In this document: positions 60,039-64,000 of the stretch, piece after piece | How positions within the stretch are numbered: position 1 is the stretch's first letter | How the letters are laid out: the number at the start of each line of letters is the position of its first letter | Assembly (NCBI GenBank): GCA_038887515.1 | Contig: JAWAKK010000001.1 | Span: 128,001-192,000, forward strand | Reading direction: 5' to 3' | DNA: 64,000 nt | Source: Candidatus Nezhaarchaeales archaeon | GTDB lineage: Archaea > Thermoproteota > Methanomethylicia > Nezhaarchaeales > WYZ-LMO8 | The notes under the pieces: generated by a model | The model's input: only the letters and a program-made list of their open reading frames with translations | What the model was told of the DNA's origin: nothing | Database searches by the model: none | Position numbers and translations under genes: made by a program

Positions 60039-61304
60039 TTGAAGAAGTTGCTTTATGTAGTTCTCGACGGCATAGGCGATAGGCCTAATCCACAACTTGG
60101 AGGTAAGACGCCTCTACAATATGCTAGCAAACCGAACATGGACTACCTGGCTAGGGTTGGCGTAACGGGCTTAGTATACGCCGTCGATAGGGGGGTGGCC
60201 CCAGAATCAGACGTTGCGGTTCTAAGCATTTTAGGGTACGATCCATTCAAATACCACGTTGGCAGAGGGGCCCTAGAAGCATTGGGGGCTGGCCTAGAAT
60301 TCGATGATGGTTGGCTCGCACTAAGGTGTAACTTTGCCACTGTAGATAAAGATCTCAAGATACTGGATAGGAGATGTGGTAGGACGTTAACAACCTTGGA
60401 GGCTATCGAGCTTGCAAAGGCAATAAACGAAGAAGTTAAGCTCGACAATGCAGTTTTCACTTTTAGGAGCACAATTGGACATCGAGGGGTTTTGGTAATA
60501 AGGCGACTTGACGGCCCTCTTTCAAGTAATATAACAAATACGGACCCGGCATACGATAAAGTTGGGGAACTGGGTATAGCCAAGGCGGGCACCGAGATGG
60601 TGATCTCCGAGTGTAAACCCCTCAATGATAGTCCTGATGCCATAATTGCGGCTAAGTTAGTCAATGAGTTTACAAAAAAAGCCGTCGAAGTATTAGACAA
60701 ACATCCGATAAATCTCGAGAGAAGGCGTAAGGGTCTCTTGCCGGCCAATGCAATTTTATGTAGAGATGCAAGCCATAAGAGACCGAGGCTGAAGCCGCTT
60801 GCTGATCTATACGGGTTAAGGATGGCATGTTTAGCCGAGATGCCAGTCGAGAGGGGAATAGCTATGGCCGCAAGCATGGATATAGTCCCCATTCCGCCTA
60901 TGATCGGTAACGCAGAAGTTGACTATAGGCTTAGGGCTGAAAGCACCCTTGAAGCTTTAATCAAATATGACGGAGTTTATGTTCACTTAAAGGGCCCCGA
61001 CGAGCCCGGACATGATGGTGACCCAATACGCAAGGTAAAATCAATCGAAGACATAGACAGGTCCTTCTTTAGCATAGTAGTTGAGAATGTAGACCTTGAG
61101 GATGTAACAATGGTTGTAACATCTGATCACGCAACACCTTGCACCTTAAGATCTCATTCCGACGATCCTGTTCCCATACTCGTAGCCGGAGGGAACATAG
61201 AACCTGACGAAGTAAAAGAGTTCGACGAAGTTGCTTGCAGGAGAGGGGCTCTAGGAGTTATGAAGGGTGTCGAGATAATGCCCACGATAGTGAAAATGTT
61301 ATGA
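60039..61304 (+). CDS. apgM: 2,3-BPG-independent phosphoglycerate mutase (ApgM family)
   Basis: LDGIGD, KTPL, PESD, RCNFAT, HLKGPDEPGHDG, TSDHATP, HS.DPVP. Confidence 0.9.
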   Translation: MKKLLYVVLDGIGDRPNPQLGGKTPLQYASKPNMDYLARVGVTGLVYAVDRGVAPESDVAVLSILGYDPFKYHVGRGALEALGAGLEFDDGWLALRCNFATVDKDLKILDRRCGRTLTTLEAIELAKAINEEVKLDNAVFTFRSTIGHRGVLVIRRLDGPLSSNITNTDPAYDKVGELGIAKAGTEMVISECKPLNDSPDAIIAAKLVNEFTKKAVEVLDKHPINLERRRKGLLPANAILCRDASHKRPRLKPLADLYGLRMACLAEMPVERGIAMAASMDIVPIPPMIGNAEVDYRLRAESTLEALIKYDGVYVHLKGPDEPGHDGDPIRKVKSIEDIDRSFFSIVVENVDLEDVTMVVTSDHATPCTLRSHSDDPVPILVAGGNIEPDEVKEFDEVACRRGALGVMKGVEIMPTIVKML

Positions 61305-61414
61305 AGGTGGGATCCATTGCACGAGCTTAACACGACTAAGGTCTCTACTGCTACTAGATTTTTCGAGGAAAACTAATTTTGTTTTGCGCCATTACTGATA
61401 CGGAGGCGGAGTAT

Positions 61415-61924
61415 TTGAGTAAAATAGGGTTAAGGGTTGGAGAAGCGCTTGTAGGCGACGGAGTCGAGGTAGCCCACGTAGATTTGATAATGGGCGACAA
61501 AGAAGGTCCCGCTGGTGTAGGGTTCGCCTTTGGTTTAGCACATCAAAGTTATGGTCACACGAAACTCTTTGCGGTTTTAACTCCAAACCTTCTAGCTAAG
61601 CCGGTTACACTAATAGTACCGAAGGTAACCATAAAGAACATGATTCAAGCTGAGTTAATATTTGGGCCTGTTCAATTTGCCGTGGCGAAAGCCGTTGTAG
61701 ACAGTGTAGCTGAAGGAGTGATACCTAAAGAACTAGTTGAAGAGGTAGTGGTTATATGTGGTGTATTTGTACATCCTGCAGCTAAAGACAAGGACAAGGT
61801 CTTCAAATACAATTACGAGGCCACTAAACTAGCCATAAAGAGAGCTATGGCTGGGGAACCTAGGATAAACGAACTGCTCGATAAAAAGGATGAGGCAACA
61901 CATCCACTCTATAGAACTCCCTGA
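61415..61924 (+). CDS. fae: Formaldehyde-activating enzyme (stand-alone)
   Basis: GEALVGDG.EVAHVDL, GHT, PNL..KP, KVTIK, FGP.Q.AVA, YNYEATKLAI. Confidence 0.93.
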   Translation: MSKIGLRVGEALVGDGVEVAHVDLIMGDKEGPAGVGFAFGLAHQSYGHTKLFAVLTPNLLAKPVTLIVPKVTIKNMIQAELIFGPVQFAVAKAVVDSVAEGVIPKELVEEVVVICGVFVHPAAKDKDKVFKYNYEATKLAIKRAMAGEPRINELLDKKDEATHPLYRTP

Positions 61925-62061
61925 AGTCCTCATTTTTTATTGTAAGTACGATCTCGAAGACTGTGGCAACTTAAATAGAACGAGGTCCTTTTTAGTGATA
62001 GTTAAAGAGCGAAGTGAATAAGACCATATTATCATTATGAAAGACAGTAGAGGGGAAGCTC

Positions 62062-62922
62062 GTGAAAAGCAGAATAATAGAAGAGGTAGGGCTCCAACTT
62101 CTTAAGAGGGCTTCAATAACTCTTCCTAGAGACGTCAAAGTAGCTCTTCAAAAAGCTTACGAAAGTGAGATATCTAGAATGGGAAAGACCCAGCTTAAGG
62201 CTATTTTAGATAACATAGTCGTAAGCGAGAAGATGGACAGGCCCATATGCCAAGATACTGGGGTTATCTCGTTCTTCGTGAAGGGAAGAAACTTTGACTA
62301 CAAGTCTACCGAGGAAGCTCTAAGAAATGCTACAATAAAGGCAACGGTCAGTATACCGCTGAGGCCTAGCGTTGTACATCCATTAACTAGAAGGAACTCG
62401 GGAGACAACACCGGTATGCACATTCCCGGGGTAACCTTCGTATACGAAGACGTTGACTACATGGACATAGTGGTGGTCCTTAAGGGTGGAGGTTCTGAAA
62501 ACACAAGTGCGTTATACATGGTTCCTCCAGGGGAAGGCATAGAAGGGATAAAACGAGCAGTTTTAAAAGCTGTCGTTAAGGCTGGCGGTCAACCTTGCCC
62601 TCCAATAGTATTAAATATCGGTATTGGGGGGACGGTGGACTTAACTTTTAAGCTGGCAAAGATAGCAATGATAAGGCCGCTAGGGGTAAGGCACCCTGAA
62701 GGAGAGATAGCAGAGCTTGAGGAAGCACTTCTCGGCATGATTAATTCCACAGGTCTCGGACCAATGGGCCTAGGAGGCCGTTTCACAGCTTTGGACGTGA
62801 AAATAGAATATGCCTACTGCCATACAGCAAGCCTACCAGTAGCCATAAACCCTCAATGCTGGGCCGATAGAAGAGCTTCTGCTCGCATTCATCCAGACGG
62901 ATCGTGGGAAATGTTGTATTAG
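62062..62922 (+). CDS. Fe-S hydro-lyase (fumarate hydratase/tartrate dehydratase) alpha subunit
   Basis: PICQDTG, KGGGSEN, PCPP, GPMGLGG, HTASLPVA..QCWA. Confidence 0.93.
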   Translation: MKSRIIEEVGLQLLKRASITLPRDVKVALQKAYESEISRMGKTQLKAILDNIVVSEKMDRPICQDTGVISFFVKGRNFDYKSTEEALRNATIKATVSIPLRPSVVHPLTRRNSGDNTGMHIPGVTFVYEDVDYMDIVVVLKGGGSENTSALYMVPPGEGIEGIKRAVLKAVVKAGGQPCPPIVLNIGIGGTVDLTFKLAKIAMIRPLGVRHPEGEIAELEEALLGMINSTGLGPMGLGGRFTALDVKIEYAYCHTASLPVAINPQCWADRRASARIHPDGSWEMLY

Positions 62923-62936
62923 GAAGTGATGATGAA

Positions 62937-63551
62937 GTGACTGAGTATAGGCTATTAGCCCCTATAAAGGGAGACGTCAGAGGACTAAGGGTCGAGGACG
63001 TAGTGTACATATCAGGAATAGTTTACACGATGAGGGATATGGCTCATCGTAAGCTCCTCGAGCTAGCTGAAAAGAACATAGAGCCTCCGGTACAGATGGA
63101 CGGTGCGGTCATATACCACGCGGGTCCCATAGTGCGTAGATTTAATGAGGAATGGGAAGTGATCTCCCTAGGCCCTACTACCAGTAGCAGAATGTCTAGG
63201 GATGTTATTAGCTTGCTAAAATACTACCCTATACGGATGATAGTAGGGAAGGGAGGAATGGATCGAAGAGTTGTAGAAGCACTAAAGACGCGTGGAGCAG
63301 TATATTGCCATTATACTGGAGGAGCTGCAGTTCTTGCGGCAAAGTGCGTAAAGCGCGTGTTGAAAGTTGAATGGCTGGATTTAGGCGTGCCAGAAGCTTT
63401 ATGGGTCCTTGAAGTCGAGAACTTTGGTCCGCTAATAGTAACTATAGATGCTAATGGTAATAGCCTATATGAGAAGTTGAAGGTAGAAGTAAAGAGTAGA
63501 GTGAAGGAATTATTTAACGTCGACGTATATGAAGACTCAGAGGCATCATAA
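62937..63551 (+). CDS. Fe-S hydro-lyase beta subunit
   Basis: RDMAH, HAGP, GPTTSSRM, GKGG, LGVPEA.W, D..GNSL. Confidence 0.93.
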   Translation: MTEYRLLAPIKGDVRGLRVEDVVYISGIVYTMRDMAHRKLLELAEKNIEPPVQMDGAVIYHAGPIVRRFNEEWEVISLGPTTSSRMSRDVISLLKYYPIRMIVGKGGMDRRVVEALKTRGAVYCHYTGGAAVLAAKCVKRVLKVEWLDLGVPEALWVLEVENFGPLIVTIDANGNSLYEKLKVEVKSRVKELFNVDVYEDSEAS

Positions 63552-63613
63552 GCAGTCCTCAAGGTAACATCTTAAGTAAGGCTTAATCTTTTAAGGTCGC
63601 AATCTAAATTTAA

Positions 63614-64000
63614 CTACTTTGCCCTAACCTTAATTCTATAGCCGCTATGTATCTTGTGGGCTTTATCCTTAAAGGCCTCTAAAAGCTTAGCCTCTCCTCT
63701 AAGTCCCGTACAATGCCCCATATACACTTCTTCAACTCCTTCATCAAGGAGCTCATTGATGACACGGTTTATAACGATACCATCAGCACTAACTAAATGA
63801 AGACCACCAACAACTATTACACCGTGAGCCCCAACAACCTTCTTGGCTTGTCTAACAATGTTTGAAATCCCTGAATGCGAACAACCAGCCAGTACCACTG
63901 CTTTATCCCCTACCTTAATGGCAAGCCCAGTATCATCAGGCATAGGTTCCTCGATTATGTCTCCATCGACTAAAGTGTTAAAACCCTTAATGGCGTACCT
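63614..64000 (-). CDS. COG1237-type MBL-fold hydrolase (5' part outside the window)
   Basis: Frame open from 64000; DDTGL, GCSHSG, GGLHL, HCTG. Confidence 0.88.
   Translation of the reverse strand, partial: RYAIKGFNTLVDGDIIEEPMPDDTGLAIKVGDKAVVLAGCSHSGISNIVRQAKKVVGAHGVIVVGGLHLVSADGIVINRVINELLDEGVEEVYMGHCTGLRGEAKLLEAFKDKAHKIHSGYRIKVRAK

Noticed and set aside
60143-60892. 249-aa antisense ORF, plus many 60-136-aa antisense or nested ORFs across the window
   Set aside because: They are shadows of well-supported genes on the opposite strand or in another frame, typically Ser/Leu/Thr-rich and without motifs.
1-64000. CRISPR arrays, IS elements, integrases, rRNA or tRNA genes
   Set aside because: I saw no periodic repeats, transposase or integrase motifs, or RNA-gene signatures by eye; intergenic gaps are all under about 600 bp.

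Overview
Gene-dense archaeal chromosome segment made mostly of core metabolic genes. I saw no rRNA, tRNA, CRISPR array or transposase. Cdv/ESCRT-III genes, r-protein S25e, a crenarchaeal-type splicing endonuclease, PurD and a purF pair point to a TACK/Thermoproteota archaeon. Fae and a group 3b hydrogenase suggest an anaerobe with H4MPT-linked C1 chemistry (Nezhaarchaeales/Culexarchaeales/Methanomethylicia-like; this is inference). Content: porGDA(B), hypA, endA, adk, rnhB, nikR, a four-gene cdv division cluster, ilvBNCD, purB/C/F/F2/D/T/E/M, a paired MgtE plus PhoU-RCK module, leuA-like/leuB, a hydBGDA operon with protease, a GDGT-ring-synthase-like radical SAM, thiolase/DUF35, pelota, rps25e, two purP, apgM, fae and a split fumarase. 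Best leads not visible in the ORF track: a promoter-driven box C/D-like sRNA between ilvD and purB, a structured ilvB leader with a Leu/Ile codon run, a 40-aa membrane microprotein between pelota and rps25e, and an in-frame TAA inside a metallo-hydrolase gene. Also notable: a glutaminase-dead purF paralog, a Cys-to-Asp change in the HydD proximal-cluster motif, and a DUF2283-DUF559 pair. All family calls come from motif recognition, not database searches. Several starts were moved from the ORF track using RBS or family N-termini.
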